Assembly: GCA_037138615.1 (NCBI GenBank)
Contig: JBAXIA010000003.1
Location: forward strand, 7,006 to 71,005
Length of the DNA: 64,000 nt
DNA from: Mycobacteriaceae bacterium
GTDB taxonomy: Bacteria; Actinomycetota; Actinomycetes; Mycobacteriales; Mycobacteriaceae
Direction of reading: 5' to 3'
Shown: one piece after another, positions 1 to 8,689 of the stretch
Layout: the number at the start of each line of letters is the position of its first letter
How positions within the stretch are numbered: position 1 is the stretch's first letter
Notes under the pieces: model-generated
Database searches by the model: none
The model's input: the letters and a program-made list of their open reading frames with translations, nothing else
What the model was told of the DNA's origin: nothing
Made by a program: the position numbers and the translations under genes

Positions 1-256
1 GCACGTTGTACTCGGTGACCGCACCCGGGTCGCCCACCCACGAGGTGATGAATCCGCCGCCGAGACCCATGGTGAGCATGCCGTGGGCGATCGCGGTGTC
101 CAAGCCCACCTGCTTGGCGATCTCGTCGTCCCAGTGGATCGGGTTGAGGTCACCGGAGACGCCGGCGTAGTTCACCAGGTCGCCACGGGTCAGCTTGATG
201 ACCTTTTCCGGCAACTCATCGCCGACCTTGACCGAACTGAACTCACGCAGTGCCAT
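1..256 (-). CDS. hadB: (3R)-hydroxyacyl-ACP dehydratase subunit HadB, N-terminal part (gene runs off the left edge)
   Basis: Reverse complement from 256 reads MALREFSSVKVGDELPEK...SGDLNPIHWDDEIAK...AHGMLTMG. This is the hot-dog hydratase motif and N-terminus I recognise from mycobacterial HadB. The start lies just downstream of the hadA stop region. Confidence 0.9.
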   Translation of the reverse strand, partial: MALREFSSVKVGDELPEKVIKLTRGDLVNYAGVSGDLNPIHWDDEIAKQVGLDTAIAHGMLTMGLGGGFITSWVGDPGAVTEYNV

Positions 257-722
257 CGCTGAAGCCACTCTCTCCGTGTTCCTCACTTCGCCCGGCCAGC
301 GTCGTGTAGGTCTCCTGGACAATGTCACCGTCATCATTGGTGATCAAGACTTTGTTGATGACGATGTCGGTGCCGTGCGCCTGCCTGATCTCGTGCACAT
401 AGACGTCGCAGTAGAGCTTGTCCCCGCACTTGATCGGCCGCTGAAACTTCAGAATCTGATCGACGTGGACGATCTTGTGGTCGGCGAGCTTGATGCCGTG
501 GTGGGTGAAGGATGCCACCTGCGCCACGTAGCCGAACACCGAGATGAACGTCAGCGGCGCTGGCAATCCGCTATAGCCGAGCTCCGCGGCGGCCTCGTCG
601 CTGAAGAACACCTCGTCGGTGTTCTTGACCGCGTTGGCGTACTCGCGCGTCTTCTCTCGTTCAACCATGTAGTAGTCGGGGTAGCGATAGTGCGCCCCGA
701 GCAATCTTTTGGAGAGAGCCAC
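243..722 (-). CDS. hadA: (3R)-hydroxyacyl-ACP dehydratase subunit HadA
   Basis: ORF 243..770. The sequence VALSKRLLGAHYRYPDYYMVEREKTREYA... matches the HadA N-terminus if the GTG at 722 is used. It sits in the usual position between rpmG and hadB. Confidence 0.85.
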   Translation of the reverse strand: MALSKRLLGAHYRYPDYYMVEREKTREYANAVKNTDEVFFSDEAAAELGYSGLPAPLTFISVFGYVAQVASFTHHGIKLADHKIVHVDQILKFQRPIKCGDKLYCDVYVHEIRQAHGTDIVINKVLITNDDGDIVQETYTTLAGRSEEHGESGFSDGTA

Positions 723-733
723 CGCCGCAGCGC

Positions 734-901
734 TCAGCGAGACTCTTTGTGCGGCTGGTGGGATCCGCAATTCGGGCAGAACTTCTTCAGTTCCAACCGA
801 TCGGGGTCGTTGCGGCGGTTCTTCTTGGTGATGTAGTTACGGTGTTTGCACACCTCGCACGCCAAGGTGATCTTCGGCCGTACATCAGTACTCGAGGCCA
901 C
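734..901 (-). CDS. rpmG: 50S ribosomal protein L33
   Basis: Hand translation gives (V)[54 protein letters not shown]. It is 55 aa, so it falls below the ORF-track cutoff. It has the CxxC...CxxC zinc ribbon and a GTG start at 901. Confidence 0.93.
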   Translation of the reverse strand: MASSTDVRPKITLACEVCKHRNYITKKNRRNDPDRLELKKFCPNCGSHQPHKESR

Positions 902-966
902 GTCAGACTCTCTTTCAGACTTCGTCGTTATTCAAAAACTGCATCGTTCACTGCGGGTGAAACCTG

Positions 967-1040
967 TAGCGGTGGGGGGACTCGATCCCCCGACCTCACG
1001 ATTATGAGTCGTGCGCTCTAACCAGCTGAGCTACACCGCC
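967..1040 (-). tRNA. metT: tRNA-Met (anticodon CAT, elongator type)
   Basis: Cloverleaf folded by hand: GGCGGTG/TA/GCTC-AGCTGGTTA-GAGC/G/CACGA-CTCATAA-TCGTG/AGGTC/GGGGG-ATCGAGT-CCCCC/CACCGCT+A. No CCA is encoded. Confidence 0.9.
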
Positions 1041-1075
1041 ATGCCGGCGCCGCCGCTGGGGAACGGCGTACACCG

Positions 1076-1148
1076 AGCCCCCTAACGGAATCGAACCGTT
1101 GACCTTTTCCTTACCATGGAAACGCTCTACCGACTGAGCTAAGGGGGC
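1076..1148 (-). tRNA. thrT: tRNA-Thr (anticodon GGT)
   Basis: Folded by hand: GCCCCCT/TA/GCTC-AGTCGGTA-GAGC/G/TTTCC-ATGGTAA-GGAAA/AGGTC/AACGG-TTCGATT-CCGTT/AGGGGGC+T. Confidence 0.9.
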
Positions 1149-1248
1149 CTACCCGTACCGTCAGCTGAACCGCGCCACGGACCGTAGAAGAGGGTACAGC
1201 CTGCGGCTACGCCCGGCCAAACCGCACGCCGGAGACGTTATCGACGGG

Positions 1249-1974
1249 TTAGCCGGACGCGACCTTGGCCGCACCGCGAGCGTGGCCGGCGACCCTGGCT
1301 GCCGCTGACCGGCCGCGCGGCGCAGCGTCTGCTTTAGCGGCTGCTGCTCCTGGCCCAGCGGCGGCCCTCGCCGGACGGCGAAGATCGCCTCGGCCGACGA
1401 CCGGAACTCCGGCAGCCACAGCGGCCGCAATACGCGGACCCGCTGCGGCACGAACGGCGGCCTGGGGTGTCGACGATCCACGAACCGCTGCCAACGGCGG
1501 CAGTGGGGGCAATGGCGCGAGCCCTAACCACTGCAACTCAGCCGACACCCAGTTGTAGCCGATGTCATACAGGGTGCTGCCGTAGGCAGACAGCGTCCCG
1601 ATGATGTTCAACGGGTTCTGCACCACGCCCGCCAGGGCGTTGACCGTCGCCTCAACGACCGGCTGGATGCCCTGGAAGTAGTTGATGTTGATCTGCGCCG
1701 CGATCACGCCACCGACGAGTGGAACGAAGTTGATCAGGTAGGAGCCCCCACCCACCACGTATTGAACAGTCGGGGTGATGGCGTAGTAGATGTCCTGGCC
1801 GATACCCGCGAGCCGGATGTCGTCGATGTGGACGGACGTCATCGCCGGACGGGCGGTCAACGGGTGGGCGGTCACCGTCGCGGGGGCGCTGACCATGACG
1901 GGGCCCAGGGCCACCGCTGCGGCAAGCGACAGGGCTGCCGCCGGAGCACGCCAGCCGCTCATCGAAACGGTCAC
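1249..1974 (-). CDS. Uncharacterised exported or membrane-anchored protein, tandem family copy 4 of 4 (last in transcription order)
   Basis: It has a hydrophobic N-terminus, then the shared core VHIDDIRLAGIGQDIYYAI...YFQGIQPVVEATVNALAGVVQNPLNIIGTLSAYG. A PLPPLPPL hinge and an Ala/Arg-rich tail follow. The GTG start lies 3 nt after the stop of copy 3. Confidence 0.75.
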   Translation of the reverse strand: MTVSMSGWRAPAAALSLAAAVALGPVMVSAPATVTAHPLTARPAMTSVHIDDIRLAGIGQDIYYAITPTVQYVVGGGSYLINFVPLVGGVIAAQININYFQGIQPVVEATVNALAGVVQNPLNIIGTLSAYGSTLYDIGYNWVSAELQWLGLAPLPPLPPLAAVRGSSTPQAAVRAAAGPRIAAAVAAGVPVVGRGDLRRPARAAAGPGAAAAKADAAPRGRSAAARVAGHARGAAKVASG

Positions 1975-1977
1975 GAT

Positions 1978-2787
1978 CTACCCGGCCGCGGCCGTCGCTG
2001 CGGTGCGAACGTTCTTGGCTGCCTTAACAACTGCGCCGCGGGTTGCCCGGGCCGTGTTTCGCACCTCGCTGTCGGTCTGCTGCGCCACCGAGTTCGCCTC
2101 ACTCGTCGCATCGTCGGCTACCTGGCGGGCACCGCTGATCGCGCTTCTTGTCGCGCGACCAACTCCACCACGGCTCTCCCTGGCTGGGGTGGGAACCGCG
2201 GCGGCCACGTCCGCAGTCACTTCGGCCGGTACAGACACCTCTGCCACAGCGACCGAACGCCGGCCGTTCGCGGTGCGCGCCGCGGCGGCGAGCGGAGCAG
2301 ACGAACCGCTTACCGAAGCCAGCGGCGGCAGCGGGGGTAACGGGGGTAGTGGGAATCCGAGCCACGCGGCTTCGGCTGCGACGAAGTTGTAGCCGATGAC
2401 GCCCAGGGAGGCGCCGTAGGCGGACAGTGTCGCGATGATGTTGAACGGGTTCTGGACGATTCCCGCCAACGCATTCACGGTCGCCTCCACGACCGGCTGG
2501 ATACCAGCGAAGTAGAGGATGCCGATCTGTGAGGAGACCGGAGGAATCCACGCCGTCGCCCACTGAGCCAATTCGACCCCGTAGGCCACCCATGGCTGGA
2601 TGGCGTAGTAGATGTCCTGTCCGATGCCGGCCAGCCGGATATCATCGATGTGTACGGTCGGCACCGCGATCGTTGGCTGAGCCAGCGTCACCGCAGGTGG
2701 GGCGACCAGCGACGGACCCAGAGCAACTGCACTCGCGGCCACCATGGCCACACCTGGAACCAGCAAAGAACGAGCCGAAACGCTCAC
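1978..2787 (-). CDS. Uncharacterised exported or membrane-anchored protein, tandem family copy 3 of 4
   Basis: Same architecture as copy 4: VHIDDIRLAGIGQDIYYAI...YFAGIQPVVEATVNALAGIVQNPFNIIATLSAYG, PLPPLPPLPPL and a basic Ala/Arg/Thr tail. A GAGGAG Shine-Dalgarno sequence precedes the GTG start. Confidence 0.8.
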   Translation of the reverse strand: MSVSARSLLVPGVAMVAASAVALGPSLVAPPAVTLAQPTIAVPTVHIDDIRLAGIGQDIYYAIQPWVAYGVELAQWATAWIPPVSSQIGILYFAGIQPVVEATVNALAGIVQNPFNIIATLSAYGASLGVIGYNFVAAEAAWLGFPLPPLPPLPPLASVSGSSAPLAAAARTANGRRSVAVAEVSVPAEVTADVAAAVPTPARESRGGVGRATRSAISGARQVADDATSEANSVAQQTDSEVRNTARATRGAVVKAAKNVRTAATAAAG

Positions 2788-2846
2788 GATTTCTCCTCAG
2801 TAGCTTGACCGTTACCTCCGAGAGTCTAACCGAACGTTTTCCGACG

Positions 2847-3590
2847 TTAACTCGCAGCGTTGGCAACAGCCCTGGCCGCGGCGCGAGGTGCTTTGGCACT
2901 CCGGCTTGCCCTGCCGGCGCTGTGCAGCTGACCGGCAGGACTCTCCGCCGTCGCACCGGCCTGCCCGGCGTCGCCGGCGGCGATCCTGGCCGCCCGCCGA
3001 AGCCCCCCATGGCCCAGTCTGGCCGGCGCTGGAACCTCTGACTCGGCGGCGGTCCGAGCGCCTGCCGTGGTGCGCGCCGCGGCAAGCGGGGTGGACGACC
3101 CACCCACCGAGGCGAACGGCAGCTGCGGCGGCAGGCCGGGAAGCCCCAACCAACTGACCTCGGCCGAAATGAAGGTGTAGACAGTGCTGGATAGCGCACT
3201 GACGTAGGCCGTGATGTCCCCGATGAGGTTCAGCGGGTTCTGCACCACGCTCGCCAGGGCGTCGACCGTCGACTCGACCAGCGGCTGGATACCCTTGAAG
3301 TAGATGACGCCGAGCTGGGAGTAGATCGGAGCGCCGACGATCGGGACCCACCACAACAGCCCCTGCACGGCCTGGACCCCGAACACCACCCAGCGGTTGA
3401 TGCCGGCGTAAATGTCCTGACCGATGCCGGCCAGCTGGATGTCTTCAATATGGACAACCGGCACCTTGACCTCCACCCGGGCCGATATCGCCAGGGGCGG
3501 CGCGATCAAGACCGGGCTGAGGACAAGTGCGCCGACGGTCGCAGCGGCAATGCCCGGCAGCAGCATCGAACGGTTCGAAACGCTCACCAT
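2847..3590 (-). CDS. Uncharacterised exported or membrane-anchored protein, tandem family copy 2 of 4
   Basis: The ORF extends to 3638, but MVSVSNRSMLLPG at 3590 aligns with the other copies and is preceded by GAGGAG. The core is VHIEDIQLAGIGQDIY...YFKGIQPLVESTVDALASVVQNPLNLIGDITAY. Confidence 0.8.
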   Translation of the reverse strand: MVSVSNRSMLLPGIAAATVGALVLSPVLIAPPLAISARVEVKVPVVHIEDIQLAGIGQDIYAGINRWVVFGVQAVQGLLWWVPIVGAPIYSQLGVIYFKGIQPLVESTVDALASVVQNPLNLIGDITAYVSALSSTVYTFISAEVSWLGLPGLPPQLPFASVGGSSTPLAAARTTAGARTAAESEVPAPARLGHGGLRRAARIAAGDAGQAGATAESPAGQLHSAGRASRSAKAPRAAARAVANAAS

Positions 3591-3641
3591 CGGCTCCTCA
3601 ACCTGTAGTCGGGCGGTGCTTTTCCACGCACCCGTCACGGG

Positions 3642-4394
3642 TTAACTCGCTGCGTCGGCGTTCGCCGTTACAGCGCCGGGGGCCTGGCTGGCGGTTCTGG
3701 CCGCAACACCACGGCCGGCCCTTGCGGTGCTCCGACCCTCGCGCGCGGTGCTGGCAACCGCCCGCTGGGCCGCGGCGGGCACCTCAGCGGCGGCGGTGCG
3801 AGCCGCGCGTCCGAGCTGGCCGCGGTTCGCCCGGGCGGGAGTCGGCTCCACGGCGGTGACCTCGGCGGTCACCTCAGTGGAAGCCGGCGGTTCGGCCACG
3901 ACTGTGGCGGCACGACGACTGGAAGCGGTACGCGGGGTGAGCAGCGCAGCAGACGATTCACCGACCGCGGCAGCCGACAGCGCCGGCACCCCGATACCGA
4001 AAGCGGGGAGCAGGGTGCTAATAATGCTGGTCAGCGCCGTGATGATATCCGTCGGGCCCTGGGACAACGTGTCAATGACCGTCACCACCGCGGTGATGAT
4101 CGGCTGCAGGGTGGTGTAGAGGGTCCCGATTCCGGCGGCGATCGACGGATTCCAGAAGAAAAAGTCCTGTGCCACCTGCACCAAGAACCCGGCCCACCCG
4201 TTGAGGGCGTTGTACAGGTCCAGGCCGACGCCGGCCAGTTGGATGTTCTCGATATGCACGGCCGGAATGTGGGCGGCCGGCTGCGCCAGAGTCACCGCGG
4301 GTGGAGCGACCAACGTCGGACCGAAGGCAACCGCGCCGACGGTCGCCAACGCCACACCCGGCACCAGCAGCGGACGAATTGAAACGCTGACCAT
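3642..4394 (-). CDS. Uncharacterised exported or membrane-anchored protein, tandem family copy 1 of 4 (most divergent)
   Basis: MVSVSIRPLLVPGVALATVGAVAFGP..., core VHIENIQLAGVGLDLY...LYTTLQPIITAVVTVIDTL. It lacks the PPL hinge but keeps the Ala/Arg tail. AGGAGG lies 5 nt upstream of the ATG. Confidence 0.8.
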   Translation of the reverse strand: MVSVSIRPLLVPGVALATVGAVAFGPTLVAPPAVTLAQPAAHIPAVHIENIQLAGVGLDLYNALNGWAGFLVQVAQDFFFWNPSIAAGIGTLYTTLQPIITAVVTVIDTLSQGPTDIITALTSIISTLLPAFGIGVPALSAAAVGESSAALLTPRTASSRRAATVVAEPPASTEVTAEVTAVEPTPARANRGQLGRAARTAAAEVPAAAQRAVASTAREGRSTARAGRGVAARTASQAPGAVTANADAAS

Positions 4395-4542
4395 TTTTCC
4401 TCCTGAAGACGTTCAGTGATGGAGCCATGATGGCATCAGATCCTTGCGTTTGCAAAGACTATAAAGGTTCGATCACGCCTTCGTTGCAGCTTGAGCGCGG
4501 CTCTTGCTTTTTGCGCCAGTGACAGGCCCTAGGGTCTAGGCC

Positions 4543-5259
4543 ATGGATTCGACTGACCGCCTCTACTTCCGGCAGCTGCTCTCCGGCCGCGACTTCGCCG
4601 CCGACGATCCCATCGCGGCGCAGATGCGCAATTTCGCCTACCTCATCGGTGACCGGGAGACCGGCGAGGCGGTGATGGTCGACCCGGCTTACGCTGCCGG
4701 CGACCTGCTCGACACCCTCGAGACCGACGATATGACGCTGTCCGGGGTCCTGGTGACTCACCATCACCCCGACCACGTCGGCGGCTCGATGATGGGCTTC
4801 GAGCTCAAAGGCCTGGCCGAACTCCTGGAGCGGGTGAGTGTGCCGGTTCACGTCAATACCCATGAGGCGCAATGGGTTTCACGGGTTACCGGTATCCCGA
4901 TGAGCGATCTGACCGCGCATGAACACGGCGACAGAGTCAGTATCGGCGCGATCGACGTCGAGTTGCTGCACACCCCGGGCCATACCCCGGGTAGCCAGTG
5001 TTTCCTCCTCGATGGCCGCCTGGTCGCCGGGGACACTCTGTTCCTCGACGGGTGCGGCCGCACCGACTTCCCCGGCGGCGATGTCGACGAGATGTTCCGC
5101 AGCCTGCAGAAGCTGGCCACGTTGTCAGGAGACCCGACGGTGTTCCCGGGCCACTGGTACTCCACCGAGCCCAGCGCCAGCCTCTCGGACGTCAGGAACA
5201 ACAATTACGTCTACAAGGTGTCCAACCTGGAGCAGTGGCGCTCGTTGATGAGCGGCTAA
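4543..5259 (+). CDS. MBL-fold metallo-hydrolase (glyoxalase II / hydroxyacylglutathione hydrolase-like, Rv0634c-like)
   Basis: It has the THHHPDH metal-binding motif, later His/Asp ligands (HTPGHTPGS) and a length of about 238 aa. Confidence 0.88.
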   Translation: MDSTDRLYFRQLLSGRDFAADDPIAAQMRNFAYLIGDRETGEAVMVDPAYAAGDLLDTLETDDMTLSGVLVTHHHPDHVGGSMMGFELKGLAELLERVSVPVHVNTHEAQWVSRVTGIPMSDLTAHEHGDRVSIGAIDVELLHTPGHTPGSQCFLLDGRLVAGDTLFLDGCGRTDFPGGDVDEMFRSLQKLATLSGDPTVFPGHWYSTEPSASLSDVRNNNYVYKVSNLEQWRSLMSG

Positions 5260-5303
5260 GGCTCGGTAACGTCATCGACCACCAGGAACCGTAAGGAGAA
5301 TTC

Positions 5304-5996
5304 ATGAGCGTCAGCTATCGGCGGGACGAGTCGATCGCGGTGATCACGATGGACGATGGCAAGGTCAATGCACTCGGACCGGACATGCTGGCTGAGATCA
5401 ATAAGGCACTCGACCAGGCTGAGGCTGATGATGCCGGCGCGGTGGTGATCGCCGGTAACAACCGAGTGTTCAGCGCCGGGTTCCAATTGAAGATATTCCA
5501 GTCCGGCGACCTGGAGGCTTCCATCGGCATGCTCAAGAGCGGCTTCGAACTGTCCCATCGGTTGCTGTCGTTCCGCAAACCGGTCGTGGCGGCCATTACC
5601 GGGCACGCGATTGCCATGGGATCGTTTCTGGCCTGCAGCACCGATCATCGAATTGCCGCTCCGGGCTACAACTTTCAGGCCAACGAAGTCGCGATCGGGA
5701 TGGTGCTGCCGTATGCCGCACTGGAGGTGATGAAGCTTCGGCTCACCCGCTCGGCCTACCAGCAGTCCGCAGGGCTGGCTCGTACGTATTTCGGGGAGAC
5801 AGCGCTGGCGGCCGGCTGGATCGACGAGATCGTGATGCCGGAGGTGGTACTTGAACGAGCCGAGCAGGCCGCCCGCGACTTCGCGACCACCCTCAACGCC
5901 GGCGCCCATCACGCCTGCAAGCTGCGGGCTCGCAAGGAGTCGTTGGACGCCATCCAGGCCGGCATCGACAACATGCGCGACGAGTTCAAACTCTGA
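5304..5996 (+). CDS. echA3: Enoyl-CoA hydratase/isomerase (crotonase) family protein, EchA3-like
   Basis: Crotonase-fold pattern (VITMDDGKVNAL..., FSAGFQL, ITGHAIAMG), about 230 aa, positioned next to the glyoxalase II-like gene as in M. tuberculosis. The symbol is tentative. Confidence 0.8.
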   Translation: MSVSYRRDESIAVITMDDGKVNALGPDMLAEINKALDQAEADDAGAVVIAGNNRVFSAGFQLKIFQSGDLEASIGMLKSGFELSHRLLSFRKPVVAAITGHAIAMGSFLACSTDHRIAAPGYNFQANEVAIGMVLPYAALEVMKLRLTRSAYQQSAGLARTYFGETALAAGWIDEIVMPEVVLERAEQAARDFATTLNAGAHHACKLRARKESLDAIQAGIDNMRDEFKL

Positions 5997-6043
5997 TCGC
6001 CGAACCGGCGCCGGCAGGGCGGTTCGCCGACCGGGTCGCGATC

Positions 6044-6784
6044 GTGACCGGTGCCGGGGCGTCCGACGGGATCGGCGCCGCAGTGGCCCGCCAACTCGTC
6101 GGCGAGGGCGCGCGCGTGGTGTTGGGCGCGACGACGGATCGGATCCATGACCGGGTGGCCGAACTCGGCGAGAACGCCATGGGCGTGGTCGGCGACCTGA
6201 CCGTCGAAGGTTCCGCCGAGGCGTTGGTTCATGCGGCCGTGGGACGCTGGGGCAGGTTGGACATTCTCGTCAACAATGCCGGAATGACGTCGGTGGCTTC
6301 CGGTTGGGATGTCGACGCCGACGTCGTATCGCTGTCGCTGGCGGACTGGGATTCGGCGATCGCCCGCAACATGACGACCGCGTTCCTGATGTGCCGGGCG
6401 GCGGTTCCGGTGATGACCGCAGCCGGGTACGGTCGCATCGTCTCGGTCGGATCCACCACGGGCACCGTGAACGCGATGCCCGGGCAGTCGACCTACACCG
6501 CCGCCAAAGCCGGTCTGGTGGGACTCAGCCGCGCGCTGGCACTGGAAGTGATCAGCAGTGGCATCACAGTCAATGTGGTCGCCCCGGGTTATGTGGCAAC
6601 CGGCTCACAACTTGAGTTCGAGGCGGCGGCGGCTGCTGCCGGGCCGATCGGCCGCAGTGGAACTCCGGCTGAGATCGCCTCGTGCGTAACGTTTTTGGCT
6701 CATGAATCTGCGTCGTTCGTCACCGGTGCGGTACTGGTGGCCGATGGCGGGCACGGTCTGCCGGAGACCTGGCCGCGGCCGTAG
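6044..6784 (+). CDS. Short-chain dehydrogenase/reductase (3-oxoacyl-ACP reductase-like)
   Basis: It has TGAGASDGIG (Rossmann), NNAG and YxxxK (YTAAKAGLVGLS). The first canonical start (GTG 6044) removes strand beta-1. The in-frame upstream sequence RFADRVAIV suggests the real start is near 5993 (see findings). Confidence 0.85.
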   Translation: MTGAGASDGIGAAVARQLVGEGARVVLGATTDRIHDRVAELGENAMGVVGDLTVEGSAEALVHAAVGRWGRLDILVNNAGMTSVASGWDVDADVVSLSLADWDSAIARNMTTAFLMCRAAVPVMTAAGYGRIVSVGSTTGTVNAMPGQSTYTAAKAGLVGLSRALALEVISSGITVNVVAPGYVATGSQLEFEAAAAAAGPIGRSGTPAEIASCVTFLAHESASFVTGAVLVADGGHGLPETWPRP

Positions 6785-6786
6785 GT

Positions 6787-7155
6787 TCAGGAGTCCGCGA
6801 GGATCCAGGTTCGGGCCTGCTCGGACTCACCGGCCGGGAAGTGCTTGACCTCCGCGGAGATGAAGTGCGACGTGATGTGCTGCGCGACGTCCCCGAGTGG
6901 AGAGTCGGTGACCATCGCGATCTTCTTCACGTGCCGGTGGTGATCGCGAATGAACCGCAGGTGGTTGACCAACGCCCCGAAGCTGTCCCAGCCCGGGAAG
7001 TGCGGTGCGGCGATGATGAGCCCCGCCAGGTCGCCATGCTGCTCAATCTGGGGGTCCAGCGCTTGGGCAACCTCGATGAAATCGTTTTTCTCCAAGGTGG
7101 ATTCCGGCCGCAGTGTGAGGATGGATGTCGCGGTGTCGAGGTGGTAATCAATCAT
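6787..7155 (-). CDS. STAS/SpoIIAA-like protein (DUF3478-type)
   Basis: 122-aa ORF whose sequence pattern I recognise as the SpoIIAA-like family. The family call is from memory, not a search. Confidence 0.6.
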   Translation of the reverse strand: MIDYHLDTATSILTLRPESTLEKNDFIEVAQALDPQIEQHGDLAGLIIAAPHFPGWDSFGALVNHLRFIRDHHRHVKKIAMVTDSPLGDVAQHITSHFISAEVKHFPAGESEQARTWILADS

Positions 7156-7228
7156 GGGTCCATCCTGGGTGCATCGCCACGGCGCGGCCAGAGGCCAAGG
7201 TCACTCAGCGGCCGCCAAAGCCCGGGAG

Positions 7229-8554
7229 CTAGGGACCCGGCGCGGGAATCGTTACGGCGGTGGTCGGCACCGGCGGGGGCGGTGTCGCGTCCTTGGGTGT
7301 CAACGCGCTGCCTTTGATCCAGTCACCCCATGGGATCGTCCAGTCACCGTTCTGATTGAGCGCAAGCGGCGGGCCGCCGGTGAATCGGATCTCGACGACA
7401 TCGCCGGGCTGGACGAAGTCGAAGAACCACTTGGCGTTCTCACCACTGAGGTTCAGGCAGCCATGCGAAAGGTTGGTATTTCCCTGGGCCCAGACGGTGT
7501 CATCAAGCTGATGCAGATAGATGCCGTCCAGGCTGATGCGGGTGGCGAAGCCAATCTTGCGCTTGTACCCGAACGCAGAGTTGTTTGGCAGTCCGTAGGT
7601 GGCGGAGTCCATGGTGACGACCTCGCCCTTGTCGATCACGGTGTACACGCCCGGCGGAGTCCACCACGAGAACGTCTTGCCCGCGACCACCGCGGTACCG
7701 CCGCGGCCCATCGAGGTGGGCATGGTGCGCACCAATCGGCCATTGTCGAACACACTCACCTGCTTGGTGATGTCGTTGGCAATCGCGACATGCGCATCGC
7801 CGATAGTGAAGGTGTTCTTGGCATCAGCCTGGCCGTAAAGCCCGTCGCCAAGCTTGAGCCCAAACATGTTGAGCGCCACAGATACCGTGGTTCCGGGCGT
7901 GTAGTAGTGCTCGGGACGCCAGTGCGCCACATAATCGTCCACCCAGAACCACGAACCCTTCACCGGCGGACTGGTGGTGACAATCATGTTCTTCTCGGCC
8001 AGCACCTTGTCGGTGATGGCCTCATCGAAGTGAGCGGCGATCACGGTGCCGATGCCGTACTTCTGCTCCTCGTGAATGGCGAAGCCACCCTGCACCTCGA
8101 GGTAGGGAATCGCATAGTTATACGGCGACAGGGTGGTGAAATTGATGGTGCGCGACAGCGGCACCCCGCTGTTGCCCTTGCTGTTGACCGTCATCGTGTA
8201 ACCGCGGGCGAAATTCAGCCGTTGCGTCGGCGCCCACGACGTGCGATCCGGGGAGATTTCACCCTCCACGACGTTGCCCCAGTCATCCGAGAGGACGACA
8301 TCGGTGATCTTGCCGTCGACGACGTTGGCGGCGGGCGTGGTCAGCGGGTTGACATCCTCGGCGCCGTCGAACGGGGCCAGGCCGAGTAGCGGTGGCTGCG
8401 GGGTGGCCGGCGGCAACTGTGCCTGGGCAGTCGCGGTGACGGTCTTGCATCCGCCCTGGCAACCCGGCAGCCCTGCGACGTCGCTGACCAACACCGCCGC
8501 CAGCAACGTCACGAAGACGAGGCTCGCAGCGCGGGCGCGGCGGGGGAAACTCAC
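7229..8554 (-). CDS. L,D-transpeptidase lipoprotein (LdtMt2/LdtMt5 (LprQ)-like)
   Basis: Signal peptide with a Cys (LPGCQGGC), Ig-like N-terminal region and a YkuD catalytic motif (HQLDD...NLSHGCLNLS). Length is 441 aa. Confidence 0.88.
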   Translation of the reverse strand: MSFPRRARAASLVFVTLLAAVLVSDVAGLPGCQGGCKTVTATAQAQLPPATPQPPLLGLAPFDGAEDVNPLTTPAANVVDGKITDVVLSDDWGNVVEGEISPDRTSWAPTQRLNFARGYTMTVNSKGNSGVPLSRTINFTTLSPYNYAIPYLEVQGGFAIHEEQKYGIGTVIAAHFDEAITDKVLAEKNMIVTTSPPVKGSWFWVDDYVAHWRPEHYYTPGTTVSVALNMFGLKLGDGLYGQADAKNTFTIGDAHVAIANDITKQVSVFDNGRLVRTMPTSMGRGGTAVVAGKTFSWWTPPGVYTVIDKGEVVTMDSATYGLPNNSAFGYKRKIGFATRISLDGIYLHQLDDTVWAQGNTNLSHGCLNLSGENAKWFFDFVQPGDVVEIRFTGGPPLALNQNGDWTIPWGDWIKGSALTPKDATPPPPVPTTAVTIPAPGP

Positions 8555-8689
8555 CGTTTTACTCCAAGGCAGGTGTCGAAGGGTCAGTTGTCACCGTTGA
8601 CGGAAAAATCATAGACGCAAACGACCCCCGAACCACACCTGGCCGGTTGCTCCACGGGGCGCCCGGGCAATAGTGCCAGACTGACGCCC

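Noticed and set aside
1265-4455. Numerous 60-200-aa ORFs on the plus strand and in alternate minus frames across the four-paralogue region
   Set aside because: All are Arg/Pro/Ala-rich translations of the GC-rich, Ala-codon-dense tails. Only the four listed frames share conserved motifs with each other and have Shine-Dalgarno sites.
7154-8389. 411-aa plus-strand ORF antisense to the L,D-transpeptidase gene
   Set aside because: It is Arg/Gly/His-rich with no recognisable motif. The opposite strand encodes a complete Ldt with the SHGC active site. This is a typical high-GC shadow ORF.
8555-8689. Imperfect palindrome gtcaccgttgac in the divergent spacer between the Ldt and NYN genes
   Set aside because: There are two mismatches in 12 nt and no resemblance to an operator I know. 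It is indistinguishable from chance.
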